64,000 nt of DNA from an uncultured Clostridia bacterium (GTDB lineage Bacteria; Bacillota; Clostridia; Christensenellales; UBA1242), in assembly GCA_947588355.1 (NCBI GenBank), contig CANPYI010000001.1:77771-141770 (forward strand), written 5' to 3'. Within the stretch, counting starts at the first letter, position 1. The number at the start of each line of letters is the position of its first letter. Both the position numbers and the translations under genes were made by a program. Under the pieces are notes generated by a model. That model saw only the letters and a program-made list of their open reading frames with translations, did no database searches and had not been told where the DNA came from. Shown here piece by piece: positions 17,873 through 27,767 of the stretch.

Positions 17873-17884
17873 ATAAGCCTCCTG

Positions 17885-18379
17885 TCAAATCAAAATAATC
17901 GCAAAAAACAAACCTGCCACAACACCCAATTTGATTGCCAACGAGCCATACTTTTTCTGCTCCTCGTCACATTTTTGTTTCATCTCGCCAAATCTTGCAA
18001 CAAAAGTCTGAATTTCTTTGGTCTGATTTTCCACGTCACTGCGCCCAAGTGTTTTCAAAAAAAGCAGAATGGTGTCTTTCTCATCAGGTTTCAAGCAGTT
18101 TTGTTTGCTGAAGATATTTTCCGAAGTCAACTCGCAATTTTTGTCCAGATATTTCAAAAAATTCTCATCAATGCCAAGCAGATTTTTCTTTGAAGTTGCA
18201 TCAAAATTTTCCAAAAGAACTTTCAGTCTTTCACGAGAAAAATTGATTTCCAAAGACAATTTTTCGGCAAGAGAAATAAGTGAGGCAAAAAACTTTTTGC
18301 GTTTAAGATATTTTGTTGAAAAAAAATATCCAATTCCGGTGCACAAGACAAAAACAATAAAAATAAGGACATATTTCAT
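17885..18379 (-). CDS. spoIIIAB: stage III sporulation protein AB
   Basis: Start at internal ATG 18379 (MKYVLIFIVFVL). The ORF-track extension overlaps spoIIIAA. About 164 aa with N- and C-terminal TM segments. Confidence 0.75.
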   Translation of the reverse strand: MKYVLIFIVFVLCTGIGYFFSTKYLKRKKFFASLISLAEKLSLEINFSRERLKVLLENFDATSKKNLLGIDENFLKYLDKNCELTSENIFSKQNCLKPDEKDTILLFLKTLGRSDVENQTKEIQTFVARFGEMKQKCDEEQKKYGSLAIKLGVVAGLFFAIILI

Positions 18380-18389
18380 GGACAGCCTC

Positions 18390-19298
18390 CTAAAATTCAT
18401 TTGAAAGATAAACTCTTGCCAAGTTTTCGTTGTAAACACCCTCAAGTGTGCCGGGCCCGTTTCTTTTTGAAAGCAAGACAAAGCGTTTGAAGATTTTTTC
18501 TTTCAAAACTTCCGAAAATAGTGATTTTTTGCAGAATGTTTCCATATTGTCCGCATGTGTAGATGCCAAAAGTTTAACTCCGCATGAGGTGGCATATCTG
18601 ATGGCTTGTATGTCCTCCTCTTGTCCAATTTCGTCTGTCACAATAATATCTGGACTCAAAGAGCGTATGCCGTTTTCAAAGCCAATTTTTTTGCTGGAAA
18701 AAGCAATTTTGTCGGTGTAATAGGAGTTTATGCCACTGTCCAACTCTCCACGCTCATCAAGCAGCAAAACATTGTACGGCATGTTCTTGTCAGAGAGTTG
18801 AAAAACAAAATCCCGCAAAAACGTTGTTTTTCCGCAACCTGGCGGACTTATGACAAGCGTGTTTTCCACACCTTGATTTGACACAAGATAAGGAAATGCG
18901 TTCAAACTGCAGTTTCTTATTGTGTGCGGAACTCGAATGTTGCACGAACAGAAGTTTGTCATCGTTTTTATGTGGCCATTTTCTTCTATAAGGTTTCCGC
19001 CGATGCCAATTCGCACCGCTTCGTCAGTGACGATAAAGCCTTTTTTGATTTGCTCATTGACAGAATAAATGGAGCATTCGCTGGCACGAAAAATGACGTC
19101 TTCAATCATAATCTTGCTTGAATACAGGGCACTTTTAATGTTGCTTGTCACACCATTTTCGGAAAGATAAAACACTTTGCCGTTGACATTTACAACCACC
19201 GGTTTTTCGGCACGAAGACGGATTTCATTGACTGCTTTCATATTCACTTTTTCAAACAAAATTTTGTATATTTTGTCTGGCAAAATTTTTTCAAGCAT
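18390..19298 (-). CDS. spoIIIAA: stage III sporulation protein AA (ATPase)
   Basis: Walker A SPPGCGKTT, Walker B IIVTDEIG, 302 aa, first gene of the cluster, GAGGAG SD. Confidence 0.85.
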   Translation of the reverse strand: MLEKILPDKIYKILFEKVNMKAVNEIRLRAEKPVVVNVNGKVFYLSENGVTSNIKSALYSSKIMIEDVIFRASECSIYSVNEQIKKGFIVTDEAVRIGIGGNLIEENGHIKTMTNFCSCNIRVPHTIRNCSLNAFPYLVSNQGVENTLVISPPGCGKTTFLRDFVFQLSDKNMPYNVLLLDERGELDSGINSYYTDKIAFSSKKIGFENGIRSLSPDIIVTDEIGQEEDIQAIRYATSCGVKLLASTHADNMETFCKKSLFSEVLKEKIFKRFVLLSKRNGPGTLEGVYNENLARVYLSNEF

Positions 19299-19436
19299 AC
19301 AAATCTCCTCACGGTTAGTTTATGTTTGCATAAAGTCCACAACAATGTTAATTCTGTCAACTTTTGTTCTTTTATGTCGAAGATTTTCACTCAATCATAT
19401 CTCCCAATATTTTGGCAGTTGTTGTTTGAAAAATCC

Positions 19437-19466
19437 TTGACAAACAAACAAGAATATGCGTATAAT
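19437..19466 (+). promoter_or_regulatory. sigma-A promoter of the SRP RNA gene
   Basis: TTGACA(19437-19442)-18 nt-TATAAT(19461-19466). Confidence 0.6.
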
Positions 19467-19469
19467 AGA

Positions 19470-19740
19470 AGCACCGGGCTAGATGGGGAGATAGCGGTGC
19501 CCTGTAACCTGCAATCCGCTACAGCAGGATTGAACAGTTGTCTCGGTGTAGTTTGGTCAAATATGAGTGCAAGTTTTGAGCGTTGAAATCAAGGTCTTAT
19601 GCAATCGGCTCCTTCGAACCGTGTCAGATCCTGACGGAAGCATCACTAAGAAGATCTGTTGATGTGCCATGAGGAAACTTTGGTGGAGTTTAAAATTTGC
19701 AAGGCAGTTGGTCAAATTGCAACAAAGCAACCGCCCGGAA
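19470..19740 (+). ncRNA. ffs: signal recognition particle RNA, long Bacillus-type (Alu domain present)
   Basis: GGGGAGAUAGCGGUGCCCUGUAACCUGCAAUCCGCUACAGCAGG is nearly identical to the B. subtilis scRNA Alu block as I recall it. Domain IV: GUCAGAUCCUGACGGAAGCAUCACUAAG...GAUGUGCCAUGAGG. 5' CCGGGC pairs with 3' GCCCGG. Ends are approximate. Confidence 0.9.
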
Positions 19741-19748
19741 ATGAAAAA

Positions 19749-19775
19749 AGCGAGTTTGTTCAACTCGCTTTTTTG
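19749..19775 (+). terminator. intrinsic terminator of the SRP RNA gene
   Basis: AGCGAGTT-TGTTC-AACTCGCT followed by TTTTTTG. Confidence 0.8.
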
Positions 19776-19780
19776 CATTT

Positions 19781-19818
19781 ATTTGGTGTATTATGCACTG
19801 CATACTACACTATATATA
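19781..19818 (+). repeat. intergenic palindrome, copy c (after SRP RNA terminator)
   Basis: Core GGTGTATTATGCA-CT-GCATACTACAC at 19785-19810. Confidence 0.85.
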
Positions 19819-19832
19819 GCATTTATATAAAA

Positions 19833-20030
19833 TTATTTACTTGCCTTTGGCTGAGATTTTTTTTCTTGCTTTTTTGAAGATTTGACTGTTTGTTTAAGGT
19901 TTTCAACTTCTTGCTTTACTGCTTTTTCGCCTTTGTTAACCAATTTCTTGGCATCGTCACAGTGTTTGTACAAAAGTGCACCTGCAACAAGTCCAGCACC
20001 AAAGCCCATTATCAACCATATTTCTTTCAT
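19833..20030 (-). CDS. YtxH-like small membrane-anchored protein
   Basis: 65 aa. N-terminal hydrophobic segment IMGFGAGLVAGALLY followed by a Lys/Glu-rich helix. GGGAGGGG SD. Confidence 0.55.
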   Translation of the reverse strand: MKEIWLIMGFGAGLVAGALLYKHCDDAKKLVNKGEKAVKQEVENLKQTVKSSKKQEKKSQPKASK

Positions 20031-20109
20031 TTGCCCCTCCCTATCCTTAGATTGAGCAAAATCTCAGAAATTATTCATACCTTCACACAAAAATATATGT
20101 TGTGTTGAA

Positions 20110-21057
20110 TCAGTATTTGAAAGAGTCAAGCATATTCAAAATTTTTCCAAATTCTATTTGTCTTCCTGAGCCAACAATGTTTTTTTCATCAAAAATATTT
20201 TTTGAAGTATCGCAAATCGACAGAAAAGATGTTGGCGAATACAAACGAATAAAGTTTGCCACATTTAAAAAGGTTTTGTATATATCTTGTTTGTCAAACA
20301 AATTGTTTGGACAATTAAACAAAAGACTTTCCATCAATATCTGATTTGGCACTTTGTTGTAGGTTTTTGAATAAATTGCATTCAAAATTTTCAGCATATT
20401 TACAAACATTTCCCCGCATTGTTCTGTTTTGTACTGCAAATTTTGATACCGTGAGCCAAATGAGATCACTGAATACTTATTTTTATTTTCAGAGTAAAGT
20501 TTGAAAGTGCTACTGTCACTGTCAAAGCAGGAAATGTAAATATTTATTTGCACATTAGTTCCAAAGTCTTGTTGTCCGACAATGGTGATATATCGCCCGT
20601 ATTCATAAATAATAGATGTTTCAGACAAAAACTCCGAAAGGTGAAAAACTACATCATGTCTAAAATCACTCAACTGATATTTTTGAAGCGATTGAGTGGA
20701 TATCTGCTCTTTATTTTTGTTTTTGTATTTTTTTCTTCCAAGACGCCAAGAGGCACGAAACTCGCGCCACGCGTATTTCCAAAAATTTCTGCTGTTTTTG
20801 GTGTTTAACTCTATTTGCATATTTTCTATGCCAAGAAAATAATCGTAAGTCGAAAGTTGTGTCACAGCCCCCGTGCATACTTCATTCACCGGAATCAGAA
20901 TGCATTTGTCAGGTGTGACGAATGGAGATTTTTCTGCAAGTTCCTCAATCGCCGATGATACAAGATTGTAAACTGTTTGATTTACACTTTCTGAAAATTC
21001 TTGATTGCTGCTTTCTGCCAATCTTTCAATCAAATTTTGGTTAAGTTGATTTTTCAT
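20110..21057 (-). CDS. hypothetical protein, nucleotidyltransferase-fold-like (SMODS/CD-NTase-like layout, degenerate motifs)
   Basis: 315 aa. CTGAVTQLSTYDYFLGIE sits where a G[GS]...D-x-D would be expected. INIYISCFDSDS is a possible third acidic site. The helix ILMESLLFNCPNNLF resembles the C-terminal helix of that family. Assignment by eye only. Confidence 0.35.
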   Translation of the reverse strand: MKNQLNQNLIERLAESSNQEFSESVNQTVYNLVSSAIEELAEKSPFVTPDKCILIPVNEVCTGAVTQLSTYDYFLGIENMQIELNTKNSRNFWKYAWREFRASWRLGRKKYKNKNKEQISTQSLQKYQLSDFRHDVVFHLSEFLSETSIIYEYGRYITIVGQQDFGTNVQINIYISCFDSDSSTFKLYSENKNKYSVISFGSRYQNLQYKTEQCGEMFVNMLKILNAIYSKTYNKVPNQILMESLLFNCPNNLFDKQDIYKTFLNVANFIRLYSPTSFLSICDTSKNIFDEKNIVGSGRQIEFGKILNMLDSFKY

Positions 21058-21071
21058 TTTCTTCCTTTGTT

Positions 21072-21392
21072 TTAACGTGTTCTTTCGGGATTTTTCTGTC
21101 TTTTGACAGGCTGCTTTATTGTGTAGGCATTGGCAATAAATATCTTTTTCTGTTCTCTGCTTTGCGTCACATTTTTCTGTTGTGGCTGATATGTTTGCTT
21201 TTCATTCTCATATTTAGTCATGCGAATTTTTGGAATTTTACACTTTTTTGTGTTTGAAATATCATTTGAATGTTTCGTTTTGGTGAATTTTTGAAAATGT
21301 TCCAACTGTTCTGCATAACTCATCTCTTTAAATTTGTCAACGTCCATGCCCAAACGTTTGCTCAGCAAGTCATGTTCATTTTTTGTCACCAT
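21072..21392 (-). CDS. small basic hypothetical protein (106 aa)
   Basis: Start at ATG 21392 after GGGGAGG. The ORF-track extension overlaps the gap stop. Lys/Gln-rich, no TM segment, no recognised family. Confidence 0.5.
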   Translation of the reverse strand: MVTKNEHDLLSKRLGMDVDKFKEMSYAEQLEHFQKFTKTKHSNDISNTKKCKIPKIRMTKYENEKQTYQPQQKNVTQSREQKKIFIANAYTIKQPVKRQKNPERTR

Positions 21393-21418
21393 AAATGCCT
21401 CCCCTTTCATTTTGTTTT

Positions 21419-22441
<1,023 letters not shown>

Positions 22442-22463
22442 TTATTTTTGTCAACTTTTCGAT

Positions 22464-23315
22464 TTACGATACAACTTCCTGAGCGCGTCCGTACCTTAAA
22501 TTTCCAACCGCAAGTGTGCGGATAAAGTTGACAAATTCCACAAACCACAAAAACAAAGCAAGAAATATCCAAAACAACACCAAAATTACAATCAGAGCCT
22601 TTGTTTCTGTGAAAACGCAAACAAGCACGCCTCCGGTCAAACTGCCGGCAAATATCAAGGTCCAAAACATAAAAAACAACAAATTTTTGAAACGAGAATA
22701 TTGTTTTTTGACCTGTTTTTCTGTTGTTTCGATTTCCTCGATTTCAATGCCAACATATTTGTTTATGCGACTTGCCATCGAAAGATTTGCACATACAGAC
22801 ATCAATTGAAACATGCTTTGGCTATAACAAATTGCCGAAATGTCTTCAAAAAATGTAAATGCAAAAAATCTTTTGACAATCGCTTTCGTAAAATTTTTGA
22901 GCATATTAAAAAATTTTGAATGTTTTGCCTTCAAAGTTGCAATTTGGCACTTTGAGGTTGTGAGTCTTAAAAATTCTTCCTCACTCAATGGCCTGCGGCA
23001 GACCAAAATTTGTCCTTCTTGCATTTTGCAAGAGTGCAAAGAGTTTATGATTTCCTCTGTGTTAGATTTTTCTGAAAATAAATGCAGTTCAACAAAATCT
23101 TGCAATTTTTTTTGAGATTTCTTTTTTGTTTTTGTGTTTTTTGTAGTTTTCTTTGTGCTTTTTTTTGCAGTCTTTTTCTCCTCCACCTTTGGAAGAACAA
23201 AATCAACTCCTTCTTTCAATCCAACAAAAACTTTCACATCCTTGCAAGCGATTCTCTCAACAAATTTCAAGTAATTTTCTGGTTGGTCAACGACAGGCAA
23301 AATAACATTTATCAT
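22464..23315 (-). CDS. hypothetical membrane protein with Lys-rich insert
   Basis: 283 aa. N-terminus MINVILPVVDQPENYL is reminiscent of the start of a GT-A fold. Insert KKTAKKSTKKTTKNTKTKKKSQKK. Three C-terminal TM segments. Confidence 0.5.
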   Translation of the reverse strand: MINVILPVVDQPENYLKFVERIACKDVKVFVGLKEGVDFVLPKVEEKKTAKKSTKKTTKNTKTKKKSQKKLQDFVELHLFSEKSNTEEIINSLHSCKMQEGQILVCRRPLSEEEFLRLTTSKCQIATLKAKHSKFFNMLKNFTKAIVKRFFAFTFFEDISAICYSQSMFQLMSVCANLSMASRINKYVGIEIEEIETTEKQVKKQYSRFKNLLFFMFWTLIFAGSLTGGVLVCVFTETKALIVILVLFWIFLALFLWFVEFVNFIRTLAVGNLRYGRAQEVVS

Positions 23316-23743
23316 TTTTCCACCCCCGAAATTTTTTTGAGTCTTCTTGCATGGCGGCCGCCTTCAAAACTTGTCGTAAGAAAAATTTTGACAATAGAAA
23401 TCGCTTTTTTCTTTCTCAAATTCCCCGGCAGACAAAGGACATTTGCGTCATTATCCTTTCGTGCAAGCATCGCCATTTTGGTGTTTAAGCACAAAGCGGC
23501 ACGGATTTTTGGATTTCTGTTTGCTGCCATACTCATTCCTATTCCCGAGCCGCAAATAAAAATGCCAACATTGTTTTTTTCTGCCAGAACTTTTTCAATC
23601 CCCAATTTTGCAAAATCTGGATAATCAACAGGCTCTTTACTGTAAGAGCCAACATCTATGGTGATGATGTTTTCTTGATTGAAAAAAGTTTTTAAATCTT
23701 CTTTCAAAAGATAGCCTCGATGATCGCTTGCCATTATAATCAT
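23312..23743 (-). CDS. rpiB: ribose-5-phosphate isomerase B
   Basis: MASDHRGY and ICGSGIGMSMAANR (RpiB/LacAB family). ATGA overlap with the upstream phosphatase gene. Confidence 0.9.
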   Translation of the reverse strand: MIIMASDHRGYLLKEDLKTFFNQENIITIDVGSYSKEPVDYPDFAKLGIEKVLAEKNNVGIFICGSGIGMSMAANRNPKIRAALCLNTKMAMLARKDNDANVLCLPGNLRKKKAISIVKIFLTTSFEGGRHARRLKKISGVEK

Positions 23744-24168
23744 TTTGCACCTCTCAAATTTTGTATTCTGTCCAAAAGTGCCTCAACATTTTGTTCTATT
23801 TGTTTGGCACACATCTCGTAAGTTTGCATATCCTGTCCGTATGGGTCAGACACCTGCCCTGCCAAATCTTGAAAAGATAGGCACTTTTTTGAATCAATCA
23901 ATCTTTTGTGATCGTTTGTGACAGCAACATACAAAACGTTGTCCTTTATATTTTTCAGTTTGATGCTTTTGCGATTGCGTCCGTCATATCCAAGTTTTTT
24001 CAAAGTTGCTGCTGCATTTTCGGAAATGTTTTCGCCTTTTGCGTACAGACCGGCTGACGAAAATTTTACATCTTTTATTTTTTTTACTTTTGCCATTTTT
24101 TTTGCAATTCTTTCCGCCATAACCGACCGACAAGTGTTGCCTGTGCAAACGAAACAAATTTCAATCAT
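23740..24168 (-). CDS. ywlE: low-molecular-weight protein (Tyr/Arg) phosphatase
   Basis: P-loop CTGNTCRS plus SDPYG. ywlE-rpiB adjacency as in B. subtilis. Start taken at ATG 24168; the ORF-track start is a TTG. Confidence 0.8.
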   Translation of the reverse strand: MIEICFVCTGNTCRSVMAERIAKKMAKVKKIKDVKFSSAGLYAKGENISENAAATLKKLGYDGRNRKSIKLKNIKDNVLYVAVTNDHKRLIDSKKCLSFQDLAGQVSDPYGQDMQTYEMCAKQIEQNVEALLDRIQNLRGAK

Positions 24169-24238
24169 AAAAACCAATTTCCCAACTGATATTATTGTAA
24201 ACCATAATCAAAAATTTTCAAAATGATTTTGATAAAAA

Positions 24239-24261
24239 ACAAAAAAGTCCAAGAAGGACTT
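24239..24261 (-). terminator. intrinsic terminator after rsfS
   Basis: Minus strand AAGTCC-TTCTT-GGACTT followed by TTTTTTG. Confidence 0.7.
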
Positions 24262-24266
24262 TTGAT

Positions 24267-24581
24267 TTATTTTAAAGAAATTTTTTTTGGCTTGTAAAGT
24301 TTGTCAAGATTGTATTTTTCTCTGACTTTTGACAGGAAGATATGAAGTGTCAGATTTGGAAAATCAAAAACAATCCACTCGCCCTTAAAATAGCCTTCAA
24401 TCTTTTCCTTGTAGGCACTTTTTTCTGCGATAATGTCGGCAACTTTTTTGCTGTCAGCAACCTTGCTTGACGTGCAGAGCACAACATACTTTTCCTGTCC
24501 ATTTTCCGACAAGTCATACACAGCCACATTTTTCATTTTTGAATCTTGAAGTAGTGTCACAAGGTCTTTTATCTTCAACAT
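24267..24581 (-). CDS. rsfS: ribosome silencing factor RsfS
   Basis: 104 aa, KNVAVYDLS...YVVLCTSSK...GEWIVFDF...LHIFL...REKYNLDKLY (iojap/RsfS pattern). Confidence 0.85.
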   Translation of the reverse strand: MLKIKDLVTLLQDSKMKNVAVYDLSENGQEKYVVLCTSSKVADSKKVADIIAEKSAYKEKIEGYFKGEWIVFDFPNLTLHIFLSKVREKYNLDKLYKPKKISLK

Positions 24582-24616
24582 ATTTTTATATTATCACCCA
24601 TTCAAAATTTTGTCAA
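24582..24616 (-). promoter_or_regulatory. sigma-A promoter abutting the rsfS ATG (leaderless candidate)
   Basis: Minus strand TTGACA(24616-24611)-17 nt-TAATAT(24593-24588, TGA upstream)-AAAAAT-ATG(24581). No SD. Confidence 0.55.
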
Positions 24617-24675
24617 ATGTTTTAAATAACTTTTCACAACGGAATAAAAACCGTCAAAGTGGCAAAAATCAAGGC

Positions 24676-25488
24676 ATGCAAACCATTCGTTTTGTTTTTC
24701 AAGAAATTCTTAAAGTCGCCTTGTTTTTTTTGATATTTTTTGTTTGGCTAAGATATTTTTTGCGAAATCTTTGGCTTGTACTTTTGTTGTCCGCACTATT
24801 CAGCATAGCAACATATACAATAATGCATTTTGTTATGCAAAAGAAGAAAAACAAACAAAACCTGAAAATAAAAGAAAAACAAGATGCCCAAAACATGTTT
24901 TTTTCTCTTGCTTGCGATGACAAACCTATAGATTTTTTTGAAAAACTTGCGCTCACAAAGCACAAAAATGTTGTCAAACACAAGGACTTTATAATAGTCA
25001 AACACGAGAACGAAAAAGTGTCCACTCTTTTGTATGCAGATTTTTCGTTTCAAGGGCTGACAATTTCCAGATTTATGGAAATTTACAACAAAGTGAAAAA
25101 AGCAAAAGTCACCAAAATTGTAATATGTTGCAAAATCGTTTCGGAAAAAGAACTTGCTGTGTTTATCAAAAATTTCTCTGAAAAAATACTAATTTTTGAC
25201 GAATTTGAAACTTACAAAAAACTTTACAAATATTACAACTTCTTTCCAGAAATCACTCACAAATATACAATAGACAAAAAGATGACGTTCAAAGATTTTG
25301 TGGCATATTCCTTCAACAAAAACAGAACAAAAGGATATTTGATTTCGGCAATTGTGCTTATCATAAGTGGACTTTTTGTCCGAACAACAATCTATTACTG
25401 CATAATCTCATCTATATTGGTTGTTTTTGCTTTGATTTCGCAATTCAACACTTTGTTCAATTCAAAAACAGACGATGAGGTGTTTTAA
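24676..25488 (+). CDS. hypothetical membrane protein with a central soluble domain
   Basis: Two N-terminal and two C-terminal TM segments flank a ~150-aa domain. Start uncertain: the ORF-track TTG at 24610 lies inside the rsfS -35 box, so the first ATG (24676) is used. Confidence 0.5.
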   Translation: MQTIRFVFQEILKVALFFLIFFVWLRYFLRNLWLVLLLSALFSIATYTIMHFVMQKKKNKQNLKIKEKQDAQNMFFSLACDDKPIDFFEKLALTKHKNVVKHKDFIIVKHENEKVSTLLYADFSFQGLTISRFMEIYNKVKKAKVTKIVICCKIVSEKELAVFIKNFSEKILIFDEFETYKKLYKYYNFFPEITHKYTIDKKMTFKDFVAYSFNKNRTKGYLISAIVLIISGLFVRTTIYYCIISSILVVFALISQFNTLFNSKTDDEVF

Positions 25489-25489
25489 A

Positions 25490-25786
25490 TTATGGCAGTT
25501 GAATATGTTTAAAATTTTTCCTGGTTGATTTTTTATACAAAATAAAGTTGTTGCCAATAACTTGAACAACCTCTGCGCCAAGGTCACTTGCAATTTCCTC
25601 AGCAAAATGACGTGCCTCTTCATCAGAGTTTTTCAAGACCTTAACTTTGATAAGTTCGCGTGCCTCCAAAAGTAAGTTTGCACTTTCAAGTACATTTTCT
25701 GAAATGCCCTCTTTTCCAATCTGCATAACAGGTTCAAGAGCATTGCCAAGTCCACGCAAAAATGCTCTTTGTTTTGTTGTTATCAT
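25490..25786 (-). CDS. yhbY: YhbY family (CRM domain) RNA-binding protein
   Basis: MITTKQRAFLRGLGNALEPVMQIGKEGISENV, 98 aa. Confidence 0.85.
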   Translation of the reverse strand: MITTKQRAFLRGLGNALEPVMQIGKEGISENVLESANLLLEARELIKVKVLKNSDEEARHFAEEIASDLGAEVVQVIGNNFILYKKSTRKNFKHIQLP

Positions 25787-25816
25787 AAAACCTCCTCAAT
25801 GAATTCAACAAAATGT

Positions 25817-25842
25817 GGTGTATTATGCAACGCATACTACAC
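25817..25842 (+). repeat. intergenic palindrome, copy d (obg|yhbY spacer)
   Basis: GGTGTATTATGCA-AC-GCATACTACAC. Confidence 0.85.
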
Positions 25843-25853
25843 AAAGTGTTGTG

Positions 25854-27125
25854 CTATTCAATATATTCAAAACTGATATCCTTTATTGTGACTGTGTCGC
25901 CTTGCTTCAATCCTTTTTCTTTCAACAAGTCTATAACGCCCATATCTTTAAGTCTGTTTTGAAAATATGCAAATGAAGTTTGATCCGACAGCACAACACC
26001 CCGTATCAAACTTTCAATACGTCCGCCAGAAACTTCAAAACTGCCGTCAGCAAGCCGCTTCACTTCAATTGTGCTGTTATCTTTTTTGTCAAAATCTACT
26101 TCCTCAACTGCAAGAGGTGGCTTTTTTGGTATCTTTTTCAGATTTTCCAAAATCTTGCGTTTCAAATCTTCTATTCCACTTCGAGTGTAAGATGAAATGG
26201 TCATATATTCCTTTATTTTTGTCTGCTTGACAAAATTTGATATATTTTCTTGCAACTTTTTCTCGTCCAACAAATCGCATTTTGAAAAAACAACTATTTG
26301 CTTTGTATTTGACAATTCTTTGTTATATTTGGCAAGTTCTGAGTTAATAACAAAAAAATCTTGCACGGCACTTCGCCCTTCGCTTTCTGATATGTCCACC
26401 AAATGCACAATAAGTCTGACGCGTTCAACATGTTTCAAAAAGTAATGTCCAAGTCCCAGTCCCTCGCTTGCGCCCTCAATCAGTCCAGGAATATCTGCAA
26501 CGACAAAAGTCTCGCCAAGCACCTCGCACACCCCAAGATTTGGATATATTGTCGTGAAAGGATAATTGGCAATTTTTGGATTTGCGTTGGAAATCACAGA
26601 AAGCAGGGTTGATTTTCCTACATTCGGAAAACCAACAAGTCCAACATCTGCAATAGTTTTCAGTTCCAAAATAATTTCGCGCAGTGTTGTCACTTCGCCT
26701 GTTTGCGAAAACGACGGTGCTTGCTTGATTGATGAACGATAGTAGGCATTGCCGTGACCACCCAAGCCACCCTTAAGAGCAACATATCGGGCACCGTCTT
26801 CACTTAAATCGGCAACAATTTTGTCTGTTTGTGGGTCAATTAAGACTGTTCCTGTTGGCACTTCAATAATTTCGTCTTTTCCACTGCGGCCAGTTTGATT
26901 TTTCTGATGACCATCTTCCCCATTTTCAGCAACAAACTTTTTCTTAAAACGAAAAGAATACAAAGTGTTCAAACTGTTTGTTGCCACAAAAACAATATCT
27001 CCACCCTTGCCACCATCTCCGCCGTCAGGACCACCATTTGCGTTGAGTTTTGTACGCAAAAAAGATGTGGAACCTTTTCCACCGTTTCCTGCTTTTATAG
27101 AAATTTTCACCCTGTCAAGAAACAC
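25854..27125 (-). CDS. obg: GTPase Obg/CgtA
   Basis: Gly-rich Obg fold (GGDGGKGGDIVF), G1 GFPNVGKST, G3 DIPGLIEGAS, C-terminal extra domain. GTG start after GGAGG. Confidence 0.95.
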   Translation of the reverse strand: MFLDRVKISIKAGNGGKGSTSFLRTKLNANGGPDGGDGGKGGDIVFVATNSLNTLYSFRFKKKFVAENGEDGHQKNQTGRSGKDEIIEVPTGTVLIDPQTDKIVADLSEDGARYVALKGGLGGHGNAYYRSSIKQAPSFSQTGEVTTLREIILELKTIADVGLVGFPNVGKSTLLSVISNANPKIANYPFTTIYPNLGVCEVLGETFVVADIPGLIEGASEGLGLGHYFLKHVERVRLIVHLVDISESEGRSAVQDFFVINSELAKYNKELSNTKQIVVFSKCDLLDEKKLQENISNFVKQTKIKEYMTISSYTRSGIEDLKRKILENLKKIPKKPPLAVEEVDFDKKDNSTIEVKRLADGSFEVSGGRIESLIRGVVLSDQTSFAYFQNRLKDMGVIDLLKEKGLKQGDTVTIKDISFEYIE

Positions 27126-27140
27126 TCTTTTCCTCCAAAA

Positions 27141-27758
27141 TCAAACTCTTGAATGCGGACATTCACGATTAAACACACATTTTTCGCACTCTGGCTTTAT
27201 TGCTTTGCAGGTGTATCTTCCAAAAAGCACCATCTGAAAGTGCAACTTTGACCAACAGTCCTTTGGAAAAATTTGACATAACTGTTGTTCACATTTATAT
27301 GGATCTTCTGTGCCAACAAGTCCAAGTCTGTTTGAGACCCTCAAAACATGAGTGTCAACCGCAAAAGCATCTCCGCCAAAAGCCACCGCCGTGACAACAT
27401 TTGCTGTTTTGCGGCCAACACCCGCCAAAGTCAGCAAATCATCAAACTTTTCTGGCACTTTTCCGCCAAATCTTTTCAAAATATCCTCGCTTGCACTTTT
27501 TATTGATTTTGCTTTGTTGTGATAAAAGCCACACGAATGAATTTTTTCTTCCAAAATTTCAAGCGGAATATCTGCAAAATCTTTTGGTGTGTTGCAAGTC
27601 TTAAAAAGTTCTTTTGTCACCATGTTGACGCGTCTGTCGGTGCATTGTGCAGACAAAATCACAGCCACCAACAGTTCAAAGGGTGTGCTGTGCTCAAGTT
27701 CGCACCTAGGATTTTCTATCATTGTGTCAAGTCCGTCCATCACAAACTTTGCGTCCAT
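27141..27758 (-). CDS. nth: endonuclease III
   Basis: HhH-GPD (LAGVGRKTANVV) and C-terminal C-x6-C-x2-C-x5-C cluster (CKAIKPECEKCVFNREC). Confidence 0.9.
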   Translation of the reverse strand: MDAKFVMDGLDTMIENPRCELEHSTPFELLVAVILSAQCTDRRVNMVTKELFKTCNTPKDFADIPLEILEEKIHSCGFYHNKAKSIKSASEDILKRFGGKVPEKFDDLLTLAGVGRKTANVVTAVAFGGDAFAVDTHVLRVSNRLGLVGTEDPYKCEQQLCQIFPKDCWSKLHFQMVLFGRYTCKAIKPECEKCVFNRECPHSRV

Positions 27759-27767
27759 AATTCCTCC

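Noticed and set aside
19299-19436. Sporulation sigma-factor promoter and Spo0A box (TTCGACA) upstream of spoIIIAA
   Set aside because: I found only loose matches to the SigE -10 (CATAAACT) and a single 0A-box-like heptamer, with no convincing -35 at proper spacing. I cannot support this from sequence alone.
20110-21392. Interpreting the NTase-like ORF plus neighbour as a CBASS or other defence operon
   Set aside because: No effector, sensor or Cap-type accessory gene is adjacent. The GS and second Asp of the catalytic signature are not visible. The context is housekeeping (gap, SRP RNA). It is kept only as a low-confidence fold resemblance.
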